64,000 nucleotides of DNA. Origin: a virus. Shown piece after piece: positions 43,120-53,136 of this stretch. Numbering within the stretch: the first letter of the stretch is position 1; every line of letters starts with the position of its first letter. The stretch spans positions 1 to 64,000 of IMG/VR virus record IMGVR_UViG_3300034061_000981; one strand, 5' to 3'. The notes beneath the pieces were generated by a model that did no database searches, was not told where the DNA came from, and saw nothing but the letters and a program-made list of their open reading frames with translations. The position numbers were made by a program, and so were the translations under genes.

Positions 43120-44072
43120 TAGCGATTGAGGCCCCGCAGCCTTATCTCGCAATTACTTGGCAAGTTAATAACTATTGTAACTTCAAATGTAGTTACTGTA
43201 ATCCAGGTAACTGGGGAGGCACAGATATTAATGATGGTAATTTAGATTTATATATCAACAATTTATCTACTATGATTAGTAAGTATAAAGCCGCCGGCTA
43301 TAAGAACTTTAAGTTCTTCTTTAGCGGTGGAGAACCTACTGCATGGAAGAACTTTATTCCAATATGTGAATGGATTTATAAAGAACTTCCACGTGCTACA
43401 TTAGCAGTCAATACAAATTTAAGTCGCCCGTTGGCGTGGTGGGAAAAGCATTATCATTTGTTTGATGATGTTGTTGCAAGTTACCATGTAGAGTTTAGCG
43501 ATAAAAAACGTTATGAAGAAAATAGTATCTTCTTATGTGATAAAGTCAATTACCTTTCTACAAAAATGTTGATGCATGAGGAAAGATTCTGGGAAGTTGT
43601 TGAGTATGGTAATTATTTGAAAACAGTAATGCCAAACTATTTCTTAGAATGGACTCCGTTGTTTGATGAGATGAGTGTTAATGCAGGTCCATGGCAATAT
43701 AAAGATTCTGCGAAAGAAGCATGGTTGCGTGAACACACTACTGAGATTCAACAAACTAAGCGTAAGCCTATGAAAAGAACAACACTTACTGTTAGTTACA
43801 ATAAATACGATGATAACAGTACAGAAGTATGTAATAGTAATGAAGTTATTGTTGCAGGTAACAATTTCTTCAGTGGCTGGAATTGTAACGTAGGTGATGC
43901 TATCTTTATCAATCCAGTAGGAGAAATGAGTTTAGCAAGTTGCGGTATGGGTGGTTATGTAGGTCACATATTGACTGATATTAACCGTGTAGGACCAAAA
44001 CAAATTGTTTGTGAAAAAGAACACTGCCATTGCGGTACTGATATTATTATACCAAAGTTTTTAGAAGAATAA
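43104..44072 (+). CDS. Radical SAM enzyme with C-terminal twitch-like Cys cluster
   Basis: CNFKCSYC and SGGEP; C-terminal GWNCNVG...ASC...CEKEHCHC. Confidence 0.9.
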   Translation: MGKKLIAIEAPQPYLAITWQVNNYCNFKCSYCNPGNWGGTDINDGNLDLYINNLSTMISKYKAAGYKNFKFFFSGGEPTAWKNFIPICEWIYKELPRATLAVNTNLSRPLAWWEKHYHLFDDVVASYHVEFSDKKRYEENSIFLCDKVNYLSTKMLMHEERFWEVVEYGNYLKTVMPNYFLEWTPLFDEMSVNAGPWQYKDSAKEAWLREHTTEIQQTKRKPMKRTTLTVSYNKYDDNSTEVCNSNEVIVAGNNFFSGWNCNVGDAIFINPVGEMSLASCGMGGYVGHILTDINRVGPKQIVCEKEHCHCGTDIIIPKFLEE

Positions 44073-44073
44073 A

Positions 44074-45393
44074 ATGAGTGATAAAAAAATTAATTTAGTA
44101 TATAATTGGCTTGGTCCTAAAGGTCCTATTCCAAACACAGAGGTACCTAATGTATTACATTTAGCTGCCGTAGGAGAATCAACTACTACTAATAGCCCAA
44201 ACTTTTGGTGTGACAGTATATGGCATTTAATGTTTTGCAACAAACCAGGATATGGTATTAGTAGTGCTGTATTCTTAGGTCTAGATGATGTGTTCATTTA
44301 TCCTTTTTCTATTACATGGAGAATAAATTTTACTTCTTATTTTCATAAAGGTGGAGGGATTTTAGAGTACTCACATACCAATGGTCAACTTAAACATTTA
44401 GTTGCAACTGGCAAAGGGTTTATTTTAATTGAAGATGCCGCAGAAGCTCACATTGAACCATCTCAAATACAAGCAATGCATACATATTTTAATGAGAGTC
44501 ATATTCCCATGAATAAGATAATATATGTTACTGGCTGTATGAATGCACAAGCATTGTATGATGAGTGGTGTCTAATAAATGGAATTAATCATCCTAGGGA
44601 TAAAATGAATATATTATCATATCCCACTTCACAAAATAGTTTAGCAACATATTTTAACGTATGGAACCCTCAAGTTCCTGAATATGATACTGAACGTGTT
44701 CCTGAAAAATTATTTTTATCCTGGAATCGTAGATTTAGACCACATAGAACTGCAATGGCATTTGGTTTAGATAAACTAGGATTAGTAGATAGATCATACT
44801 TAAGTATAGGATTAGTAGACCCGGAAAATTCTGCAATGCACATAACACATACGTTGCAGGATCATTTACTTTATCAACTGGACATACAACCCGAAGATAA
44901 AATTCGTTTTGTAAACAAATTACCATTAGTATTAGATGGTGAAAACGATGTTAATCAAATGTGTCAGGATTTCAATGATGCTACTAGACCCTTTTATCAG
45001 AATAGTTTAGTGAGTCTTGTATCCGAAACAAATTTTTTGGAAAACGAAGTATCATTAACTGAAAAATCATTTAAACCTTTTAAAGAAAAACACCCATTTA
45101 TTACTGTAGGGGTCAACGGTACATTACAAGCATTAAGAGATATGGGATTTATAACGTTTGGAGCCTTTTGGGATGAAAGTTATGATAACATAATTAGCCC
45201 AATAGAGAGAATGGCAGCAATTCTAAATGTATGTAAAGACATTGCTACTTGGGATAGTGAAAAAATTAAAGATTTTAGACGCAGAGTTAAACCTATCTTA
45301 GACCACAATTATGAAATATTAAAAATAGAATATTCATATGTACTTGCGGCTAAGATAAAAGATAGAATATTTGAAATAATAAATAACAAATGA
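44074..45393 (+). CDS. GT-B glycosyltransferase-like protein (GT10-like TEK family), copy 1
   Basis: FLSWNRRFRPHR...SLVSET...LTEKSFKP...HPF...GFITF...DESYD. Confidence 0.6.
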   Translation: MSDKKINLVYNWLGPKGPIPNTEVPNVLHLAAVGESTTTNSPNFWCDSIWHLMFCNKPGYGISSAVFLGLDDVFIYPFSITWRINFTSYFHKGGGILEYSHTNGQLKHLVATGKGFILIEDAAEAHIEPSQIQAMHTYFNESHIPMNKIIYVTGCMNAQALYDEWCLINGINHPRDKMNILSYPTSQNSLATYFNVWNPQVPEYDTERVPEKLFLSWNRRFRPHRTAMAFGLDKLGLVDRSYLSIGLVDPENSAMHITHTLQDHLLYQLDIQPEDKIRFVNKLPLVLDGENDVNQMCQDFNDATRPFYQNSLVSLVSETNFLENEVSLTEKSFKPFKEKHPFITVGVNGTLQALRDMGFITFGAFWDESYDNIISPIERMAAILNVCKDIATWDSEKIKDFRRRVKPILDHNYEILKIEYSYVLAAKIKDRIFEIINNK

Positions 45394-46367
45394 AAAAAAT
45401 ATTAGTATGCGGTGCAGGAGGATTCATTGGATCACACCTGGTAGAAAAATTGAAAGAACAAGGTCATTATGTAATAGGTTCTGACCTTCATTATCCGTTA
45501 TACAATGAAACTCCAGCAGATGAGTTTTATATTATGGACTTGCGTGAACAAGAGAATGTTCGTAGATTAATCACTAGTGACATTGATGAGATATACCAAC
45601 TAGCGGCTGATATGGGAGGCGCCGGCTATATCTTTACAGGTGAGCATGATGCTGACATTATGCATAACAGTTGTCAAATCAATTTGAACATATTAGATTC
45701 AATGGTTAAATCCAAGGTTAAAAAAGTTTTCTATAGTTCAAGCGCATGTATGTATCCAAGTCATAATCAGGAAGATCCTGATAATCCTTTATTAGCAGAA
45801 GATAGCGCATATCCTGCAAACCCTGACAGCGAGTATGGTTGGGAGAAACTGTTCTCAGAACGTTTATATATGACATATGGGCGTAACTATAACTTGGACG
45901 TTCGTATCGCACGTTTTCACAACATCTTTGGCCCAAGAGGTTCTTGGGATAATGGTAAAGAAAAAGCACCAGCGGCATTGTGCCGCAAAGTAGCACTATG
46001 CAAAGATGGTGGTGTTATTGACGTATGGGGCCCGGGCAATCAAACACGTTCATTCTTGTTTATTGATGAATGTGTTGAAGGTATGCAACGTATTATGACT
46101 AGTGAGTATACTAAGCCAGTCAATCTAGGTAGCACTAGAATGATTAGTATCAATAACTTAGTTTTACTGATTGCAAAATTAAATGGAAAAAATGTTAATA
46201 TTCGTAACATTGATGGGCCACGCGGTGTTATGGGTCGTAATAGTGACAACAGATTAATTAAAGAAACAATTAATTGGGCACCAGATGAAGATTTAGAATC
46301 AGGCTTAATTAAAACATATAACTGGATTGATGAACAAATTAGTAGAGGCATCAAAGACAACAAATGA
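45390..46367 (+). CDS. GME: GDP-mannose 3',5'-epimerase-like NAD-dependent epimerase (extended SDR)
   Basis: GAGGFIG, QLAADMGGAGYI, SSSACMYP, YGWEKL, RFHNIFGP, EKAPAALCRK and GVMGRNSDN match GME-specific motifs, including the catalytic Cys and Lys positions. Confidence 0.88.
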   Translation: MKKILVCGAGGFIGSHLVEKLKEQGHYVIGSDLHYPLYNETPADEFYIMDLREQENVRRLITSDIDEIYQLAADMGGAGYIFTGEHDADIMHNSCQINLNILDSMVKSKVKKVFYSSSACMYPSHNQEDPDNPLLAEDSAYPANPDSEYGWEKLFSERLYMTYGRNYNLDVRIARFHNIFGPRGSWDNGKEKAPAALCRKVALCKDGGVIDVWGPGNQTRSFLFIDECVEGMQRIMTSEYTKPVNLGSTRMISINNLVLLIAKLNGKNVNIRNIDGPRGVMGRNSDNRLIKETINWAPDEDLESGLIKTYNWIDEQISRGIKDNK

Positions 46368-47389
46368 TTACATGTTATTTTGTAAATCACGTATCTTTAC
46401 GAGGTAGAGAACATATAGTTGTTAATGAAATAGAAAATATAAATCCTGATATAATTATAGGATTGTGTTTAGAAGAATTTGATTACCACTATATTTTTGA
46501 AAAATTCTTCAAGGTAATTCAACCATATTTAATACGTACAAACAAAATAATGAAACTTATTGCACCGTACGTTGATTCTAAACCTGTACCTAATAATATA
46601 ATAGTTGAAAAGTCATATGGATATTATCATTGGTCATGTGGTTCAATAGAGAATTGCATAGAAAATAAAATAGAGTTCAACTTTACTGATACTACTAAAC
46701 TGTTTACAAATTATAATAACAATAACAAATATCAACGTGCTATGTTGGTAGATGAGTTTGTAAAAAATGATTTATTGAAAGACGGGATTGTAACATTAAA
46801 TAAACCCGAAATGAGACTAGCCGACGGCCGCCCATATATTTATAAATATCACGATGGTTCAAAAATAGTTGATGAGACAGATTTTGTGTTAAATGCAAAG
46901 TATGAATACAATGCTGGAATGTTTCCAAAAAGTTATTTTAATGGATTTATAGATATAGTTTCAGAATCTACATATGATGCTGGTGAGTTTTTTATTACTG
47001 AAAAAACAGCTAAACCAATTGGTGCCCTTAAACCTTTTTTAGTTTTTGGTCCACCACTAGTGCACCAACATTTATATAATAATTATGGCATTGAATATTA
47101 TAATGAATTGTTTGACTATTCATTTGATATAGAAGAAGATATTGAAAAACGTATTGATGGAATAGTTCAAAATTTATTAAGGTTAAGACAACTTTCAAAT
47201 GCTGAACTTATATCTATGTATAAATCTATTAACGATAAATTAATATGTAATAGAAAAAACTATTTACAAATTAAAACAGATCGAGTTTATATACCCGAAT
47301 CTTTAAAATTTTTAGAACAGTATGACAATGGTGTTAAATGCTACGGTGATACTAAAGCGAGTATATTACATATGATAGGAATAAAATGA
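46364..47389 (+). CDS. GT-B glycosyltransferase-like protein (TEK family), copy 2
   Basis: FTNYNNNNKYQR...FIDIVSES...FITEKTAKP...KPF...ELFDYSFD. Confidence 0.6.
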   Translation: MITCYFVNHVSLRGREHIVVNEIENINPDIIIGLCLEEFDYHYIFEKFFKVIQPYLIRTNKIMKLIAPYVDSKPVPNNIIVEKSYGYYHWSCGSIENCIENKIEFNFTDTTKLFTNYNNNNKYQRAMLVDEFVKNDLLKDGIVTLNKPEMRLADGRPYIYKYHDGSKIVDETDFVLNAKYEYNAGMFPKSYFNGFIDIVSESTYDAGEFFITEKTAKPIGALKPFLVFGPPLVHQHLYNNYGIEYYNELFDYSFDIEEDIEKRIDGIVQNLLRLRQLSNAELISMYKSINDKLICNRKNYLQIKTDRVYIPESLKFLEQYDNGVKCYGDTKASILHMIGIK

Positions 47390-48270
47390 CAAAAAAATAT
47401 ATTATTGGTTTAGGATGTAGCTGGACACAAGGTGAAGGTGGTTATCCTGAAGAAATATGGAAACAATATAACGGCAGCCCTCAACGTGCATTAAGATGTA
47501 AAGATGATTACGCTATACGACACTATGAACATGAAAATAGTTGGGTTAACGTATTATGTCGTGACCACTTCCCTGAATATGAACCTGTTAATCTAGGTGT
47601 CAAAGGTATAGGTAATCGTGCGGCGGTAGGACAATTACATTTTTGTGATAAAGTAGACTTTAACAATAGTACTGGTATTATTGTATTAATGTTAAGTGGT
47701 TTTGAAAGATTAGATTTGTTCCAGCAATATCCACATACTAGTGACGGGCAGAATGATTTTTATTCTAAGAATGAATTTCGTCATTATAAATGGAGAACAG
47801 CATGGCCAATTCCAAATCATAGTACAGGCGATACATCATACTGGGATGTGTATGCTAGAGAATTATGGAGTGAACAGTTTGTCTCCGCACATCAAATGTG
47901 TAATTTATTAGAACTACAAACGTTTGCAAAAGCATATGGGTATAAAGTTGTTGTGGCTAATGGATTTAATCAACGGCAAGAGGGTATTAAACAATACCTA
48001 CGTGATAATGCAGGTTATTTAGTTGATAAATTTGATTGGTCAACGTATATACATGATACTACTCCATATTCCGCTTTTGTACAAAAGCTAGTAGAACTTG
48101 ATGGACTAATTCAACCTGAGCATTGGGGTGGATTCCATCAATATTATAGTCAGCGTGATTGGCCTGCTAAATACTTGACAAACTGTGACGGAGCACATCC
48201 TACAGTAGATGGTTATAAAGCAATAGGAAGTGAACTTGCACGGTTTATCAAATTACGCGGATATGTCTAA
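47386..48270 (+). CDS. SGNH/GDSL-like hydrolase or O-acyltransferase, copy 1
   Basis: LGCSWTQG (block I), NLGVKGIGN (block II) and C-terminal DGAHP. Confidence 0.65.
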   Translation: MTKKYIIGLGCSWTQGEGGYPEEIWKQYNGSPQRALRCKDDYAIRHYEHENSWVNVLCRDHFPEYEPVNLGVKGIGNRAAVGQLHFCDKVDFNNSTGIIVLMLSGFERLDLFQQYPHTSDGQNDFYSKNEFRHYKWRTAWPIPNHSTGDTSYWDVYARELWSEQFVSAHQMCNLLELQTFAKAYGYKVVVANGFNQRQEGIKQYLRDNAGYLVDKFDWSTYIHDTTPYSAFVQKLVELDGLIQPEHWGGFHQYYSQRDWPAKYLTNCDGAHPTVDGYKAIGSELARFIKLRGYV

Positions 48271-50200
48271 ACGAAAAATTAGTTTTGTAAACCCAAACTT
48301 TTCACAAGGACCCAGAGAGTTTAACGCATATTACTTGCCTTATACTCCTGCCGTTCTTTGGGCATACAGCCAGCAATTCCCTAAAATATCAAACAATTAT
48401 GAGCTAGGTGATTTCATTTGGCGCAGAGATTTAATTGAAGAAGCAGTTGAATTATTGAAAGATAATGACGTTGTTGGCTTTAGTACATATGTTTGGAACC
48501 GTAGCTATAATGCAGTGCTTGGTCGTGAATTAAAAAAGGCCAACCCAAACATATTCATTATTGCTGGTGGACCTGAATACCCCATAGAGAAACCAGACTT
48601 TTTTGTAAAGTACCCCTTCATTGATATATGTGTGAAACTTGAAGGTGAAATTTCAATGAAAAAAATACTCATTGAAAGATTAAAAGATAAACCAGACTAT
48701 ACAACTATTCCAGGACTGTTAATTAATGACAACGGCAACACAATTGATACGGGTGATAGTAAACGCATTGAAGATTTAGATAGTATTCCTAGTCCATATC
48801 TATTGGGTATATTTGATAAATTGATGAAGAAGCATCCCGAAGTACGTTGGAATGTAACACTAGAAACAAATCGTGGTTGTCCCTATGCTTGTACATTCTG
48901 TGACTGGGGTAGTTTAACATACAACAAAGTTAAGAAATTTGGACTAGAACGTGTTTACCATGAACTAGAATGGATTGGTAAAAATGGTTGCGACTTTGTA
49001 AGTATTACCGATGCAAACTTTGGTATCTTTGCTGAACGTGATAGTTTAATTGCTGACAAACTAATTGAAGTGCAAAAGAAGTGGGGTAACCCACGTGCTT
49101 ATACAATTGCATGGGCAAAGAATCAAAAACAAGAAGTTGTTGATATTGTACATAAGTTGATTTACGAAGGTGGAAGCAAGATGGGTCTTAATTTATCTGT
49201 ACAGTCAATGGATGACGATGTATTAGATATCATTAAGCGCAAGAACCTTGAAATGAATAAGATTGAAGAAGTATTTAAACTGTGTGAGGAATATAATATT
49301 CCACTATACACAGAACTAATTCTAGGATTGCCCGGCGAAACTATGAGAAGTTGGAAAGAAAACTTTTATAAACTATATAAGAGTGGCAACCATACTGGCA
49401 TTACTGTATATCAAGCACAATTACTTGAGAACGCAGAGATGAATTTAACTCAGCGTAAGATGTATAAACTAGAGGGCAAGATTGTTTATGACTATCTAGT
49501 TGGTACATACAATGAACATGAATTAAAAGAGGGTATTGAAGTAATTGTTAGTACCCGTGACTTACCACGTGAACAAATGATTGAAGCACAAGTGTTTAGT
49601 TGGTTTATGAATACTTTTCATATTAATGGCATAACCAATTATATCTCACGTGTGTTGTATAAAAAACACAATATTGAATACAGTGACTTCTATGATAAAC
49701 TATGGAAGTATGTTGCAGAAGATGAATGGTTAGCAAGCGAAGTTAAACGTATTGAAGATCATTACGAGAAGTGGACTACTGACGGGTTAATCAATCATAC
49801 TCCAATTGAGGGTATGGAGATTCATGGCTGGAATCTAATTCACAGTACAGTAATTAATTTGCACAGCGCAAGCAAACATAATCATATCTTTAATGTAATT
49901 GAAAAGTTCCTACGTAGTGAGTATGATATTGAAGAAAGTCTATTACAAGACTTAATGACATTCCAGCGTACATTCTTAATTGACTATAACGAGATTCAGA
50001 ACTATACAAAAACTATTACGTTTAAGCATGACATTCCTGGCTATGTGCAGAATACACATGATTTAAATACTGAATCTACATATGAGTTTGAATTCCCGGA
50101 AGATCATAACATGTCATTACAACGTTTCTGCGAACAGATTTTCTTTGCACGTAGAAGAAACTTTGGTAAAGCGTGGATAACTAAAAATGGCACTAATTAA
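48263..50200 (+). CDS. Cobalamin-binding radical SAM enzyme (class B methylase-like), copy 1
   Basis: B12-binding region (VVGFSTYVWN, IIAGGPE, EGE), ETNRGCPYACTFCDW, DANFG and ELILGLPGET. The ATG at 48263 is preferred over the GTG at 48230. Confidence 0.88.
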   Translation: MSKRKISFVNPNFSQGPREFNAYYLPYTPAVLWAYSQQFPKISNNYELGDFIWRRDLIEEAVELLKDNDVVGFSTYVWNRSYNAVLGRELKKANPNIFIIAGGPEYPIEKPDFFVKYPFIDICVKLEGEISMKKILIERLKDKPDYTTIPGLLINDNGNTIDTGDSKRIEDLDSIPSPYLLGIFDKLMKKHPEVRWNVTLETNRGCPYACTFCDWGSLTYNKVKKFGLERVYHELEWIGKNGCDFVSITDANFGIFAERDSLIADKLIEVQKKWGNPRAYTIAWAKNQKQEVVDIVHKLIYEGGSKMGLNLSVQSMDDDVLDIIKRKNLEMNKIEEVFKLCEEYNIPLYTELILGLPGETMRSWKENFYKLYKSGNHTGITVYQAQLLENAEMNLTQRKMYKLEGKIVYDYLVGTYNEHELKEGIEVIVSTRDLPREQMIEAQVFSWFMNTFHINGITNYISRVLYKKHNIEYSDFYDKLWKYVAEDEWLASEVKRIEDHYEKWTTDGLINHTPIEGMEIHGWNLIHSTVINLHSASKHNHIFNVIEKFLRSEYDIEESLLQDLMTFQRTFLIDYNEIQNYTKTITFKHDIPGYVQNTHDLNTESTYEFEFPEDHNMSLQRFCEQIFFARRRNFGKAWITKNGTN

Positions 50201-51323
50201 TAAAGACAATACATGGTTTCTTGGAGTTAACGAATATCATCATCGTCCTATATCATATACAAGAGATATACATAACTTTGAAGATACTGATTATTGGTAC
50301 GCTGAATTCTTTGGTCCTGAGTCGATTAATTATTTATTAAACCCCGATGTATTGTCAATAGACGCATTAACTAGAATACAAAATAAAACGTGTGTATTAA
50401 TGTTGAATAATGCACATGAAGCGTTTCACACAGTGGTAAAATCAATATATGATATTGCTGTAATACAATTGAGTATTCCCCCGGAACAAATTATATTGAT
50501 AAGTGAATCAGCCATCATTGACAAAGAAGTAGAAAAAATAGCAAACGAATATAATTTAGGAAAAATTAAAACTGAATGGATGCGAATGTTTGAACGTGCT
50601 GTTTCAACGATAAACCATAAACCGTTAGAAACATTAAAATATAAACATTACGATAAGAAGTTCGTTAATTTTAATAGACGTTGGAGATTGCATCGTCCTG
50701 CATTGGTTGCGTTATTAGAAATAAAAAGTTTATTAGATAAGGGTTATGTTAGCCTTGCAAAGACAGAAGAATATAATGACACATGGGATGTATTCTTTGA
50801 ACATATGTCTTGGACGTTAAGACATAATCCTAATTTTGTTGATACTTTTGTTCGTAATAAAGAAAAAATTAGTAATATTCCAGCAATGATATTGGACCAA
50901 ACTGATATGACAATCAACCATGCACACAAACTAACAGACTCAACCGACATATATTATGAAAATACATACTTTAGCGTAGTATCCGAAACTAATTTTTTTA
51001 AAGCAATTGCTGAAGGGATATTTGTTAGTGAAAAGATTTTTAGACCAATACTAAAAAAACATCCATTTATTTTAGTGTCCAGACCACATACGCTAAGTAT
51101 AATGAGAAATATTGGATATAAAACATTTGATTCTATTATCAATGAGGATTACGACAAAGAAGAAGATGATTGTAAACGTATGTTAATGATAGTAGATGAA
51201 ATAGATAGGTTATGTCATTTAAATGATGATCAATTACGTGTGTTTTTACATAAGGCAAAAATGATCACGGAGTATAATTATATGATACTTTTTAGTAAAA
51301 GGGAGTTTTTAACAAAATTATGA
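50187..51323 (+). CDS. GT-B glycosyltransferase-like protein (TEK family), copy 3
   Basis: FVNFNRRWRLHR...YFSVVSET...VSEKIFRP...HPF...GYKTF...NEDYD. Confidence 0.6.
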   Translation: MALINKDNTWFLGVNEYHHRPISYTRDIHNFEDTDYWYAEFFGPESINYLLNPDVLSIDALTRIQNKTCVLMLNNAHEAFHTVVKSIYDIAVIQLSIPPEQIILISESAIIDKEVEKIANEYNLGKIKTEWMRMFERAVSTINHKPLETLKYKHYDKKFVNFNRRWRLHRPALVALLEIKSLLDKGYVSLAKTEEYNDTWDVFFEHMSWTLRHNPNFVDTFVRNKEKISNIPAMILDQTDMTINHAHKLTDSTDIYYENTYFSVVSETNFFKAIAEGIFVSEKIFRPILKKHPFILVSRPHTLSIMRNIGYKTFDSIINEDYDKEEDDCKRMLMIVDEIDRLCHLNDDQLRVFLHKAKMITEYNYMILFSKREFLTKL

Positions 51324-52141
51324 TTACAGATTTAACAAAATACAAAAGAATATTTGCGTTTGGATGTAGTTTTACGTCCTACATTTACCCTACATGGGCT
51401 GACATTATATATAAATCAATGTCACCTGATGTTGAATTTTATAACTTTGGCAAATCAGGTGGCGGTAATGTCTTTATTGCAAATAGAATTACAGAAGCAA
51501 ATAGAAAGTATAAATTTACAGAAACTGATTTAGTGGTAGTATTATGGTCTACCCATGCTAGAATTGATTTTTTTAAAACAGACAGTGGTTGGAAAACCCC
51601 CGGTAATATATATACTCAAGGAATGTTGAGTGAACATTCAGTTCGTGAGTTAGAAGATTTAAATTGGTTTTTGCTTAGAGATTTATCTATGATTGATTTA
51701 ACTACATCATATTTAAATAATCTACCATGTGGTTCAATCAAATTAATGTCAGTTCCATTTAATTATGAAAGCAGATATAAAAATAAAGTTTTGTTGAATA
51801 AGTATCTTACAACTTCTATAATAGAAACATACAGTGAACTACTTAAAGAATATCCTAACCCATCATTGTATGAATTTATGAATTATAAATGGTCATCATC
51901 TATAAAATATAAACATCATCATCATCCGGAACAAGATGTTTTTATTGATTATCATCCCACTCCGGTTGATTACGCAAACTATTTAATTAAGTGTAATGTA
52001 CCAATAACACAAGAGGCAATTAATTACGCACATGAATCATTGGATAAAATGTTAGTTGAGGGAATAACACATCCTGACATAGTTACTATGTTCCCTGATT
52101 GTGACGAAAGAGTTAGTAATGCATTTAAACAACTATGGTAA
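51320..52141 (+). CDS. SGNH/GDSL-like hydrolase or O-acyltransferase, copy 2
   Basis: FGCSFT, NFGKSGGGN, VVLWST..R.D and DYHPTP. Confidence 0.65.
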   Translation: MITDLTKYKRIFAFGCSFTSYIYPTWADIIYKSMSPDVEFYNFGKSGGGNVFIANRITEANRKYKFTETDLVVVLWSTHARIDFFKTDSGWKTPGNIYTQGMLSEHSVRELEDLNWFLLRDLSMIDLTTSYLNNLPCGSIKLMSVPFNYESRYKNKVLLNKYLTTSIIETYSELLKEYPNPSLYEFMNYKWSSSIKYKHHHHPEQDVFIDYHPTPVDYANYLIKCNVPITQEAINYAHESLDKMLVEGITHPDIVTMFPDCDERVSNAFKQLW

Positions 52142-53136
52142 AATTATGTTATAACCCAGTTGATGGCATTGAGACAGATAAAATTATAGCTGATATCAAT
52201 AAGTTTAATCCTTCAAAAATCATTATTTTTAATGAATTAGAATGGGAATTAAAACATATTAATTTCGAATTTGTTCAATTATTAAAAGACAGAAATATTG
52301 AAATAGAAATAATATATGGAAGTTTCTATGACAATTCTTATGATAAGTATTGCAACCGAATGGGATTGGATAATAGTAATCTGACATTCTGGCCTACATA
52401 TTGGATAAATTGGACGGAGATATGTTTAAAAGGCGAAATAGATTATACTAAACACACAGTTAACACTGATTTTAAATATCCATTTATCTGTTTAAACAAC
52501 AAAAATCATAAGCATAGAGCCGCATTGATTGATCATTTAGCAAAGTATAATTTACTTAATAAAGGAGTAGTAACTTGGCACAAATTTGCTAATTGTATGC
52601 ATGGATATGAATTTAAATATTATGATGATAGTATTAGATTAATTGATGATGACTTTGTGACTAAATTAGATTCATTCTTAATACCTAAACAATGGCATGA
52701 ATCGTTTTTGCATGTCGTGGGTGAGGCTACAATCAATACACATTTTATTACAGAGAAAACAATTATTCCCATATTAATGAAAAAGCCATTTGTTTGTATT
52801 TCTAAACAAGGATATAATCAACGATTATTAGATTTGGGTTTTGTTTTGTACGATGAAATAATTGATTATTCATATGATAATTTAGAAGATGTAGGTGATA
52901 GAGCAGATAAACTATGTGAAAGCATTAGTAAAATTCCTACAAACTATTCAAAATTGTATGAGATACTAAAACCAAAAATAGAACATAATTATAATAGATG
53001 CTTAGAGATTATCAGGGATAAAAAATATATTCCTAAATCTGCAATCGACCGTGTCGCTAATATGAAAGATAGTGATTATATACCAATGCATACTGACCTT
53101 AGGTATGAAAGAATGTTGAAAGAATGTAATGATTAA
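52135..53136 (+). CDS. GT-B glycosyltransferase-like protein (TEK family), copy 4
   Basis: FICLNNKNHKHR...FLHVVGEA...FITEKT..P...KPF...EIIDYSYD. Confidence 0.6.
   Translation: MVKLCYNPVDGIETDKIIADINKFNPSKIIIFNELEWELKHINFEFVQLLKDRNIEIEIIYGSFYDNSYDKYCNRMGLDNSNLTFWPTYWINWTEICLKGEIDYTKHTVNTDFKYPFICLNNKNHKHRAALIDHLAKYNLLNKGVVTWHKFANCMHGYEFKYYDDSIRLIDDDFVTKLDSFLIPKQWHESFLHVVGEATINTHFITEKTIIPILMKKPFVCISKQGYNQRLLDLGFVLYDEIIDYSYDNLEDVGDRADKLCESISKIPTNYSKLYEILKPKIEHNYNRCLEIIRDKKYIPKSAIDRVANMKDSDYIPMHTDLRYERMLKECND

Noticed and set aside
37933-44072. RiPP biosynthetic cluster interpretation of the SPASM/twitch enzymes
   Set aside because: No adjacent precursor peptide, RRE/PqqD domain, protease or transporter is visible, and the neighbours are sugar enzymes. 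Not strictly excluded.
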